Part shown: in pieces, positions 1 to 7,569 of the stretch
Position numbering within the stretch: the first letter of the stretch is position 1
Layout of the letters: every line of letters starts with the position of its first letter
Origin: a virus
DNA length: 64,000 nucleotides
Virus record (IMG/VR): IMGVR_UViG_3300016643_000133
Span: 31,728-95,727 of that record
Direction: 5' to 3' (one strand)
Program-made: the position numbers and the translations under genes
The notes under the pieces: model-generated
Databases searched by the model: none
What the model was told of the DNA's origin: nothing
The model's input: only the letters and a program-made list of their open reading frames with translations

Positions 1-771
1 ATCTATCGTGGTGATGTGAGGGTAGAATCAGACATATTGCCAATTTTAAAGCAAGCTGATATAATTATACCTCTTGCAGCATATGTTGGCGCACCTTTGT
101 GTGATAGGGATCCAGTTGGAGCATCTTCTACAAATAAAGATGCCATTTTTATGATGATGAAGTATTTGTCACAAGAACAAATTGTTTTAATGCCTACTAC
201 CAATAGTGCTTACGGAACAGGAGATTATTGTGATGAAACTTCACCTTTAAATCCTATTTCTCGTTATGCTAAAGATAAAGTAGAAGTAGAAAAGATTTTA
301 ATGGACCATCCAAATGCTACAAGTTTTAGGCTTGCAACTGTATTTGGTATGTCACCAAGAATGAGAATTGATTTGTTGGTAAATGATATGACTTACCGTG
401 CTGTGCATGATGGTTTTGTTGTGTTATTTGAATCGCATTTTAAGCGAAACTACATTCATGTATTAGATGTATGCCAAGCATTTACAATGGCAATAGAAAA
501 TAAGAATATGAGAGGTCAAATTTATAATGTTGGCCTTTCAACTGCCAATGTTTCAAAGCGTGAACTATGTGATACAATTAAAAAATATGTACCACGATTT
601 GAAATTGTTGAAGCAGAAATTGGTAGAGATAAAGACCAAAGAAACTATATGGTTTCCAATGAAAAGATTGAAAAAGAAGGATTTAAACCTAACTTTGATT
701 TAGATATGGGTATTCAAGAGTTACTTAAAGGATATGCCATGCTAAAGAATACCAAATATGGAAATGTTTGA
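1..771 (+). CDS. NAD-dependent epimerase/dehydratase (5' truncated by window edge)
   Basis: Frame open from position 1; SDR YxxxK (YAKDK), FRLATVFG, RNYIHV, YNVG motifs. Confidence 0.85.
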   Translation: MYRGDVRVESDILPILKQADIIIPLAAYVGAPLCDRDPVGASSTNKDAIFMMMKYLSQEQIVLMPTTNSAYGTGDYCDETSPLNPISRYAKDKVEVEKILMDHPNATSFRLATVFGMSPRMRIDLLVNDMTYRAVHDGFVVLFESHFKRNYIHVLDVCQAFTMAIENKNMRGQIYNVGLSTANVSKRELCDTIKKYVPRFEIVEAEIGRDKDQRNYMVSNEKIEKEGFKPNFDLDMGIQELLKGYAMLKNTKYGNV

Positions 772-1213
772 ATATAACCGCTTGCTTTTAGATAAGGCTT
801 GTGTTATAATTACCAAACACTTAACACCAGATTTATTACCAAAAAAGTGGGTAGAAAGAAACTCTACGAATCCTATGTTTGGTCATTGTCATACTGCATC
901 AGCTTGCCTACAGAAATTATTTGGTAGCAAGAACATAAAGTTGTACCGTGCATTAGACGATGAAGGAATCTGGCATTGGTGGGCAGTAACTAAAGAAGGA
1001 GAAACAATTGACATTACAGCGGACCAATACTACTCTCAGAACAGAGTACCGCCATACGATAAAGGGGAGAAAGCTTCAATGTTAGGATTTGATTACAGAA
1101 AAAGAGTGTTGAAGCTTCTGGATATAGTTAGTAACAAATTACTTGCAACCGGAACACCACCATTATTACATATGTCAAGCGTAAAAAGAGGCGAAGATGA
1201 CAAAAGCAACTAA
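758..1213 (+). CDS. hypothetical protein, possible transglutaminase/papain-like Cys-His-Asp fold
   Basis: GHCHTAS...WHWW...IDITADQ pattern. Confidence 0.5.
   Translation: MEMFEYNRLLLDKACVIITKHLTPDLLPKKWVERNSTNPMFGHCHTASACLQKLFGSKNIKLYRALDDEGIWHWWAVTKEGETIDITADQYYSQNRVPPYDKGEKASMLGFDYRKRVLKLLDIVSNKLLATGTPPLLHMSSVKRGEDDKSN
782..810 (+). promoter_or_regulatory. sigma70-type promoter
   Basis: TTGCTT-17 nt-TATAAT with extended -10 TG. Confidence 0.55.
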
Positions 1214-1739
1214 ACATTATGTGAACAATGCCGACTTTCTAGCAGCATTGATTGAATACAAAAAGGCTTGTGATGAAGCCAAAAAGAATAAGAAACCAGA
1301 ACCATCAATACCAAATTACATTGGTGAATGTTTTCTGAAGATTGCAGACCACCTGTCACGCAAACCAAACTTTATTTCTTATTCTTTCCGTGACGAGATG
1401 ATTGCAGATGGCATTGAAAACTGCCTGATGTATTTCCGTAACTTTGACCCGGACAAATCAAAGAACCCATTCGCTTATTTCACACAGATTATTTACTATG
1501 CTTTCCTGCGTAGAATTATGAAAGAGAAAAAGCAACTCTATGTCAAGTATAAGGCAACAGAGCAGTTTGGTATTTTAGATGAATTTGAAATGTTTGAAGA
1601 TTCTGACGGCAATATGAGGCAATTTGAATTGTATGACAACATCTCTGAGTTCATTCATAATTTTGAAGAAAACAAACGCAAGAAAAAAGAAGGCAAACAA
1701 AAAGGTCTAGAGAAGTTTTTAGAAGAAGATTTGCCGTGA
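1197..1739 (+). CDS. gp55: T4-like late transcription sigma factor
   Basis: HYVNNADFL, YIGECFLKIA, EMIADGIENC, NPFAYFTQIIYYAFLRRI; upstream of gp47/gp46. Confidence 0.95.
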   Translation: MTKATKHYVNNADFLAALIEYKKACDEAKKNKKPEPSIPNYIGECFLKIADHLSRKPNFISYSFRDEMIADGIENCLMYFRNFDPDKSKNPFAYFTQIIYYAFLRRIMKEKKQLYVKYKATEQFGILDEFEMFEDSDGNMRQFELYDNISEFIHNFEENKRKKKEGKQKGLEKFLEEDLP

Positions 1740-1867
1740 AATACTTGACAATTGTATTGTGTTGTTGTATAATGACAGGGTGTGCGCCATTTCTATTGTT
1801 GGCACACAAAAACTGCAAACAAGAAAACCCATGTCAAGGTCCAAAGGTTAAAATATTGGAGTGGTAA
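1736..1867 (+). CDS. small putative lipoprotein (43 aa, not in ORF track)
   Basis: GTG start overlapping gp55 stop (GTGA); MKYLTIVLCCCIMTGC lipobox-like signal; stop abuts next ATG. Confidence 0.6.
   Translation: MKYLTIVLCCCIMTGCAPFLLLAHKNCKQENPCQGPKVKILEW
1745..1773 (+). promoter_or_regulatory. consensus sigma70 promoter
   Basis: TTGACA-17 nt-TATAAT. Confidence 0.8.
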
Positions 1868-2047
1868 ATGGATATAAAAAAAGTAAAACATCATATAAAA
1901 CATCTCCAAGAATTACATGATGATTTAGATAAACAAATTATTGAAGAAGAAAAACATTATGGTAACGATGCATTAGTTGCCTTCTTAAAAAAGAAAAAAC
2001 TTAAAATCAAAGATGAAATACAAGGTTTCAAAAGTCAAATAACATGA
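1868..2047 (+). CDS. DUF465/YdcH-like small coiled-coil protein (59 aa, not in ORF track)
   Basis: MDIKKVKHHIKHLQELHDDLDKQI...LKKKKLKIKDEI; GGAG RBS; ATGA overlap with gp47. Confidence 0.7.
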   Translation: MDIKKVKHHIKHLQELHDDLDKQIIEEEKHYGNDALVAFLKKKKLKIKDEIQGFKSQIT

Positions 2048-3114
2048 AGATATGTATTCTTGGTGATACCCACTTTGGTGCCCGAGGTGACTCGTTAGAT
2101 TTTCACAAATACTTTGAGCGATTCTATGATGAGGTATTTTTTCCTTATCTGATTGAAAACAAGATTACTGATATATTTCAAATGGGTGATTTATTTGACC
2201 GAAGAAAGTATATCAACTTTAATAGCCTGTATCTGTGCCGCAAATATTTTTTTGAGAAGTGCGAACAATTGAACTTTGATGTTCACACCCTTCTTGGCAA
2301 TCACGATGTAGCTTTCAAAAATACACTAGAGGTAAACTCAACTGGCTTGTTGTTGAATGAATACCACAACATCAAATGTTATAAAGAATTTGAAACAGTA
2401 GAATTTGATGGTGTTGCCGTTGACATTGTGCCTTGGATGTGTGATGAAAATGCTGAAGAAATTTTAGAAAAGATAAAAGAATCTAGTTCTCAAATTGCTT
2501 TTGGTCACTTTGAAATTCGTGGTTTTGAAATGGACAGAGGTAATGTTTCTGAGGTAGGCATTGACAAAGACCTATTAAAGAGTTATGATATCGTTTTGTC
2601 TGGTCACTTTCATCACAAATCATCTGACCACAACATTGTATATGTTGGCACACCTTATGAAATGACATGGTCTGATTACAATGACCCAAAAGGTTTTCAT
2701 ATATTTGATACGAAAACAAGGCAACTAGAGTTTATTCGTAACCCACTTACAATGTTTAACAAGGTAACATACGATGATACCGAACTTGACTTTGATTGGT
2801 GGAAAACATATGATTTTGAATCACTCAAAAATACCTATGTTAAAGTTGTGGTATTAAACAAGCAGAATCCATTTCTGTTTGACCATGTGATAGATAATAT
2901 TTACAAGGCAAGTGTTGCTGACTTGTCTATCGTAGAAGATTTTACCGATGTTCTCATTGATACTGACCAAGACATTGTAGACCAGGCAGAAGATACGATG
3001 ACAATTCTTTCTAAGTATATTGATAACTTGACATTAGATGTGGAATCTGATAAGCTTAAAAACATTATGCGTGAATTGTATGTTGAGGCATTGAACACAG
3101 AAGTGGCTGAATGA
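2044..3114 (+). CDS. gp47: recombination endonuclease subunit (Mre11/SbcD-like)
   Basis: GDTHFG, GDLFD, GNHD, GHFH metallophosphoesterase motifs. Confidence 0.95.
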   Translation: MKICILGDTHFGARGDSLDFHKYFERFYDEVFFPYLIENKITDIFQMGDLFDRRKYINFNSLYLCRKYFFEKCEQLNFDVHTLLGNHDVAFKNTLEVNSTGLLLNEYHNIKCYKEFETVEFDGVAVDIVPWMCDENAEEILEKIKESSSQIAFGHFEIRGFEMDRGNVSEVGIDKDLLKSYDIVLSGHFHHKSSDHNIVYVGTPYEMTWSDYNDPKGFHIFDTKTRQLEFIRNPLTMFNKVTYDDTELDFDWWKTYDFESLKNTYVKVVVLNKQNPFLFDHVIDNIYKASVADLSIVEDFTDVLIDTDQDIVDQAEDTMTILSKYIDNLTLDVESDKLKNIMRELYVEALNTEVAE

Positions 3115-4823
3115 TATTATTTCGTAATTTAAAGTGGAAAAATTTACTAAGCACCGGCAATTATTGGACAGAAGTTAACCTGTCTAGTAATACCAATACT
3201 TTGGTTGTTGGTGAAAATGGTTCTGGTAAAAGCACAATGCTTGATGCGTTGTGTTTTGGTTTATTTGGAAAACCATTTCGTAACATTAATAAACCACAAC
3301 TCGTTAACTCAATCAATACCAAAGATTGTGTGGTTGAAGTTACATTTGATACCAACAATAAGAACTATCGTATTGTTCGTGGCATTAAACCAAACATCTT
3401 TGAAATCTATTGTAACGGCGACCTAATCAATCAAGAAGCTGCAAGCCGTGACTATCAGGAGTTTTTAGAGAAGTTTATTCTCAAACTTAATTACAAGTCA
3501 TTTACTCAGATTGTAATTCTTGGTAGTGCCTCATTTACGCCATTCATGCAGTTGTCGGCATCTGACCGAAGAGCTATCATTGAGGATTTGTTAGACATTC
3601 AAATCTTTTCTACAATGAACTCTTTAGTAAAAGACAAACTATCCAATAACAAAGATTTACTTTCACATAAGAAACATGAGATAGAACTTGCACAACAGAA
3701 ATACGATATGCAGAAGAAGCATATTGAAGAACTCAAACAAAACAATGAAGATAAGGTGAACGAATATGTTACGGAAATTTCATGTCATAATGATACCGTA
3801 TCCTCACTATTGGCAAATGTTACAATCCTTGCATCCGAAGTCCAGTCGCTGCAAGAAATTGTGGCAACTAAAATTGAAACAGAGGCTAAGGTCAAGAAGA
3901 TTACAAAAATTGAATCTCAAATTGAAACAAACTTATCCAAATTTCAAAAAGATATCAGTTTCTTTCAATCGCATGACAATTGTCCAACCTGTAGGCAAAC
4001 CATTGCCATGGAATTTAAAGAAGAAGAACTTGGCAATCTCAATACCAAAGTTATGGAGTGCAAACACGGTCTCACTCAACTAGAACAAAAACTAAATGAA
4101 GAACAAGAAAAGTTGAATGACATTAATGAGAAGCAAAAACTCATTAATAAAAAGCAAGTTGAGATTGCAACAAACAATACCACAATCAACGAAACAAATA
4201 AACTGATTGCTCGTTTAAGTAAATTGGTAGATGAGTTGAAAGAATCTAAAGTAGTATCAGAAAAGGAAGAACAAGAATTAAGTAACATAAATGTATCATT
4301 AAAAGAGTTAAAGCAACATTTATGTGACCTTATAGATGAACGGACATATTATGAAGTCGCAAGCAATTTGCTAAAAGATACCGGCATCAAAACAAAGATT
4401 GTGAAACAGTATTTGCCAATCATCAATAAATTGGTGAATAAGTATTTGGCATCACTAGATTTCTTTGTCAACTTTAACCTTGATGAATCATTTAAAGAAA
4501 CAATCAAATCACGCCATCGTGACGAATTTACCTATAACAATTTTAGTGAAGGTGAGAAACAAAGAATTGACATGGCATTGATGCTGACTTGGCGTGCTGT
4601 TGCTAAGTTAAAGAATTCGTCAAATACCAATCTATTGATACTTGATGAAACATTTGATTCTAGCCTTGATGCCAATGGCACAGAAGAATTGATGAAGATT
4701 CTACATATGCTAGAAGGTGTAAACTTGTTTGTTATCTCACACAAAGGAGATATACTGCAAGACAAATTTGCAAATGTGATTCGTTTTGCCAAAGAAAAGA
4801 ATTTTTCAAGGATAATAAAATGA
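3111..4823 (+). CDS. gp46: recombination ATPase subunit (Rad50/SbcC-like)
   Basis: Walker A GENGSGKS, CPTC zinc hook, FSEGE signature, LILDE Walker B. Confidence 0.95.
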   Translation: MILFRNLKWKNLLSTGNYWTEVNLSSNTNTLVVGENGSGKSTMLDALCFGLFGKPFRNINKPQLVNSINTKDCVVEVTFDTNNKNYRIVRGIKPNIFEIYCNGDLINQEAASRDYQEFLEKFILKLNYKSFTQIVILGSASFTPFMQLSASDRRAIIEDLLDIQIFSTMNSLVKDKLSNNKDLLSHKKHEIELAQQKYDMQKKHIEELKQNNEDKVNEYVTEISCHNDTVSSLLANVTILASEVQSLQEIVATKIETEAKVKKITKIESQIETNLSKFQKDISFFQSHDNCPTCRQTIAMEFKEEELGNLNTKVMECKHGLTQLEQKLNEEQEKLNDINEKQKLINKKQVEIATNNTTINETNKLIARLSKLVDELKESKVVSEKEEQELSNINVSLKELKQHLCDLIDERTYYEVASNLLKDTGIKTKIVKQYLPIINKLVNKYLASLDFFVNFNLDESFKETIKSRHRDEFTYNNFSEGEKQRIDMALMLTWRAVAKLKNSSNTNLLILDETFDSSLDANGTEELMKILHMLEGVNLFVISHKGDILQDKFANVIRFAKEKNFSRIIK

Positions 4824-5002
4824 CCAAAGACCAAATTCGTATTACTGATGGGTATGAAAGAACAGTAGATATTTTACCTACAAATGATGGTCAATATCAG
4901 GCTATAATGTTTGAAGCATCTACTGACTATCATCAAAATGCATGGTTTGCTACACTAGAAGAAGTTAAAAAATTTGCTGAAAGTTGGGTGAATAGAAAAT
5001 GA
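4820..5002 (+). CDS. hypothetical protein
   Basis: ATGA overlaps with both neighbours. Confidence 0.6.
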   Translation: MTKDQIRITDGYERTVDILPTNDGQYQAIMFEASTDYHQNAWFATLEEVKKFAESWVNRK

Positions 5003-5571
5003 GCGATATCTTAACCATTGACACCGGTGCTGGTGTAACATATAAACAAACACTAGACCCTTTGCCATTGTTTGACGAAAATCATCCGATGTTAAAGATG
5101 GTAATACCTGATTATAAACAAGCACTACCAAACCCAATTATGACAAATCTGGTAAAGCGTTTGCATATGACCAGAAAATTATATGGTGGTATTGGTCTTT
5201 CTGCCAATCAATGTGGTGTATTTGAAAGAGTGTTTGTAATTGGTACTGACCACTTTGATTTGGCTTGTATCAACCCAAAAGTAATTGAAATGTCGGCAGA
5301 TGTAATGAAAAGTGATGAGGGTTGCCTCTCTTACCCAGGCCTGTATGTTAAAATAGACAGACCAAATTGGGTTCAGGTTGAGTTTACTGATGAAAATGGA
5401 CAAACAAAACAAACTCGCCTAGAAGGTCTAAGTGCAAGATGTTTTTTACATGAACTTGACCATATGAACGGCAAAAAGTTTGTTGAGTATGTAGGCCCTG
5501 TTGCATTACAAATGGCAAGAAAAAAACAGGAAAAAATAATGAAGAAGGTTATTCGTAATAGAAAGAAATAA
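4999..5571 (+). CDS. def: peptide deformylase
   Basis: GIGLSANQCG, EGCLS, HELDH motifs. Confidence 0.93.
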   Translation: MSDILTIDTGAGVTYKQTLDPLPLFDENHPMLKMVIPDYKQALPNPIMTNLVKRLHMTRKLYGGIGLSANQCGVFERVFVIGTDHFDLACINPKVIEMSADVMKSDEGCLSYPGLYVKIDRPNWVQVEFTDENGQTKQTRLEGLSARCFLHELDHMNGKKFVEYVGPVALQMARKKQEKIMKKVIRNRKK

Positions 5572-6848
5572 TGGCTTATAGTTTTGACCCTAAAGATGAT
5601 GTAGAAACACAATGGCAGAAATGGCAAGAACAAACGCCAATTAAGCCATTGTCTTTCACCGAAGATGAACTGCGTGATAGAACCATCAAAGAACTAGGCT
5701 ATGTTTCACAAATGGATGTGAAAGAATATACCTTGTTTCAAAAGTGGTGTGAAGTGCAAGAAAAATACCCATCTATTGTAACACAAACATTATGGGGTGA
5801 AGAATGTCTGTTAGAAGATGAGGGTCAACGCCGGGCCATACAAGAAATCAAAAACAATTTTTGGATACCAAACGACCCTGATGCATACTTGGCATTAGAA
5901 CCTGAGCTTGTATATGCCAATAAACAAGATAATTTACCTGAATTGTGGAATTGTATTCGCACATTTTCTTCTACGATGAAGAATAATTCCAACATTGGTC
6001 GCAATCTAAACTTTATTGTCAAAGATAAACCAACACAAAAATATCTTGGTGTTATTTGTATTTCATCTGACTTTTTAGATTTGACACCAAGAGATAACTT
6101 TATTGGTTGGAGTAGAGAAAAGAAAACACAAGGCGGTATGATTAACCATACTGCGATTGGTTCTACAATTGTGCCATTACAACCTCTTGGTTTTAATTAT
6201 GTTGGCGGTAAATTGTTGGCTTTGCTTTGTTTAGCCACACCCATACAAGAACTATGGGAAAAACTATATGGTGATAAGTTGGTAAGTATTACAACAACAT
6301 CACTTTATGGTAAAACAAAAGCTGGTGGGTTGTCCCAATACGATAATCTGGACTACTGGCAGCCAATGGGCTTTACCTCAGGTTCAGTATCGTTTGAACC
6401 ATTGCAAGATACTCGTTACATGATTCGTGAGTGGTTGAAAGTAAACCATACACGAAAGTATTTTGAATGGTATGTAGCAAAGAAACCAAGTGGTCAACCG
6501 CATAAGCGTGACCACAAAAATCGTTCATTGTCTTTTGCTTATGCTAAGTTATCTGTGCCAAAAGAATTGATTCGTTCTGAACACGCAAGAGGCATTTACT
6601 TTGCACCTTTGTATGATAAGACCTGCGAATTTCTCCGCGGCGATAATGATGGCAAAGATATGAAAAAGTTGTTTAATACTGATGTAGAAAGCCTAAGTAA
6701 TATATGGAAAGAGAAACACGCCAAACCAAGAATTAAACAGTTGGTTAAAAAAGGCAGAGTTTCTTCTGACACTCTTTTCTATGATGACCTTACCGTGTTA
6801 TCATGGGAAGAAACAAAGGCTAAATATCTTATACAGGTTGGCAGATAA
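5571..6848 (+). CDS. DUF4338/DruA-like protein, putative GNAT-related fold
   Basis: IGRNLNFIV, IVPLQPLGFNYVGGKLLALL, TTTSLYG, SQYD...W..MG.TSG; paralog of 27226..28341. Confidence 0.6.
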   Translation: MAYSFDPKDDVETQWQKWQEQTPIKPLSFTEDELRDRTIKELGYVSQMDVKEYTLFQKWCEVQEKYPSIVTQTLWGEECLLEDEGQRRAIQEIKNNFWIPNDPDAYLALEPELVYANKQDNLPELWNCIRTFSSTMKNNSNIGRNLNFIVKDKPTQKYLGVICISSDFLDLTPRDNFIGWSREKKTQGGMINHTAIGSTIVPLQPLGFNYVGGKLLALLCLATPIQELWEKLYGDKLVSITTTSLYGKTKAGGLSQYDNLDYWQPMGFTSGSVSFEPLQDTRYMIREWLKVNHTRKYFEWYVAKKPSGQPHKRDHKNRSLSFAYAKLSVPKELIRSEHARGIYFAPLYDKTCEFLRGDNDGKDMKKLFNTDVESLSNIWKEKHAKPRIKQLVKKGRVSSDTLFYDDLTVLSWEETKAKYLIQVGR

Positions 6849-7275
6849 AACCTTTATGATTTGATTGTTTTCCTTTAGAAACATTTATCATACCACTCTG
6901 AAAAAGGCCATTCTCTTTACAGAATTTTGTTAAATTTTTTATTAATAATTTTGTTCCGTCAGGATAAGTAATTAACCATTCTTTAGAAAGTGTGTTTGCT
7001 ATTTTTTGTTTTTGTGATTCATAATTAGGTATGCCTTTGTTCCAAGGTATTTTTCCTTTATTTGCTTCACTCTGTTTCTTTTTTGTTTCTTCGGATAGTT
7101 TTTTACCTAAGTTTATTTCTCGCAACAACTGTTTAGTAGAATCATCAAGTTTTTCACCTGGAATTCCACCATAAGAATGAAAAGCATCTTTAGGTATTTT
7201 TAATGGATTATTTTTACACCATTCACGAAGTTCAATAATAAATGGGTCATTTTTATTTCTCAAATAAATATCCAT
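6829..7275 (-). CDS. NUMOD3-repeat DNA-binding protein, homing-endonuclease derived, no visible nuclease domain
   Basis: LSEETKKKQSEANKGKIPWNKG repeats; C-terminal NLTKFCKENGL...HKGF module. Confidence 0.7.
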   Translation of the reverse strand: MDIYLRNKNDPFIIELREWCKNNPLKIPKDAFHSYGGIPGEKLDDSTKQLLREINLGKKLSEETKKKQSEANKGKIPWNKGIPNYESQKQKIANTLSKEWLITYPDGTKLLIKNLTKFCKENGLFQSGMINVSKGKQSNHKGFICQPV

Positions 7276-7341
7276 GCTGGCATAGTTCCTTTATGTTAGA
7301 GTGGGTGAGAACGGCAATTCTGCGACCCACACCTATTTATG
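7273..7341 (-). promoter_or_regulatory. late promoter (CATAAATA) plus conserved structured leader, copy 1
   Basis: Aligns with 60115-60184 with compensatory base changes in three stems. Confidence 0.7.
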
Positions 7342-7352
7342 CCTTAAAACTA

Positions 7353-7382
7353 TTGACTTTTAGCATAAGTATTTGATATAAT
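7353..7382 (+). promoter_or_regulatory. sigma70 promoter for the tRNA-like RNA
   Basis: TTGACT-18 nt-TATAAT with extended -10 TG. Confidence 0.7.
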
Positions 7383-7392
7383 ATCCTTTCAT

Positions 7393-7455
7393 GCGGTGAG
7401 TCCGAGACAACCTACCCCCGTAGGCAGACAGGTTTAACTCCTGTTAACCGCTCCA
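7393..7455 (+). ncRNA. miniature tRNA-Gly-like RNA (63 nt) with encoded CCA
   Basis: Acceptor GCGGTGA/TAACCGC + T + CCA; T arm ACAGG-TTTAACT-CCTGT; CCTAC-CCCC-GTAGG arm; reduced D region. Confidence 0.75.
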
Positions 7456-7528
7456 TTCATGTAAGTAAGTGGTCACTAACATAGACCTGGTATGCAATAG
7501 AAGGTGTTGTTTTTATGCAACAACCCTA

Positions 7529-7557
7529 TTGACAAACCGGCCAAATGGTGATATAAT
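7529..7557 (+). promoter_or_regulatory. consensus sigma70 early promoter
   Basis: TTGACA-17 nt-TATAAT with extended -10 TG. Confidence 0.8.
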
Positions 7558-7569
7558 GGTTAAATAATA

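Noticed and set aside
1808-1830. AAAAACTGCAAACAAGAAAAC resembles a tmRNA resume region
   Set aside because: No tRNA-like domain or Ala-Ala tag end; better explained as coding sequence of the small lipoprotein
5571-6848. Complete Druantia defence system
   Set aside because: No DruE-like large helicase or other Dru genes nearby; context is phage replication
7276-7335. Hammerhead ribozyme or group II intron domain V reading of the repeated leader
   Set aside because: Lacks CUGANGA/GAAA core and the AGC triad hairpin
7393-7455. Canonical tRNA-Gly(CCC) call
   Set aside because: Loop is 4 nt, D arm is vestigial and T loop lacks TTC; reported as tRNA-like ncRNA instead
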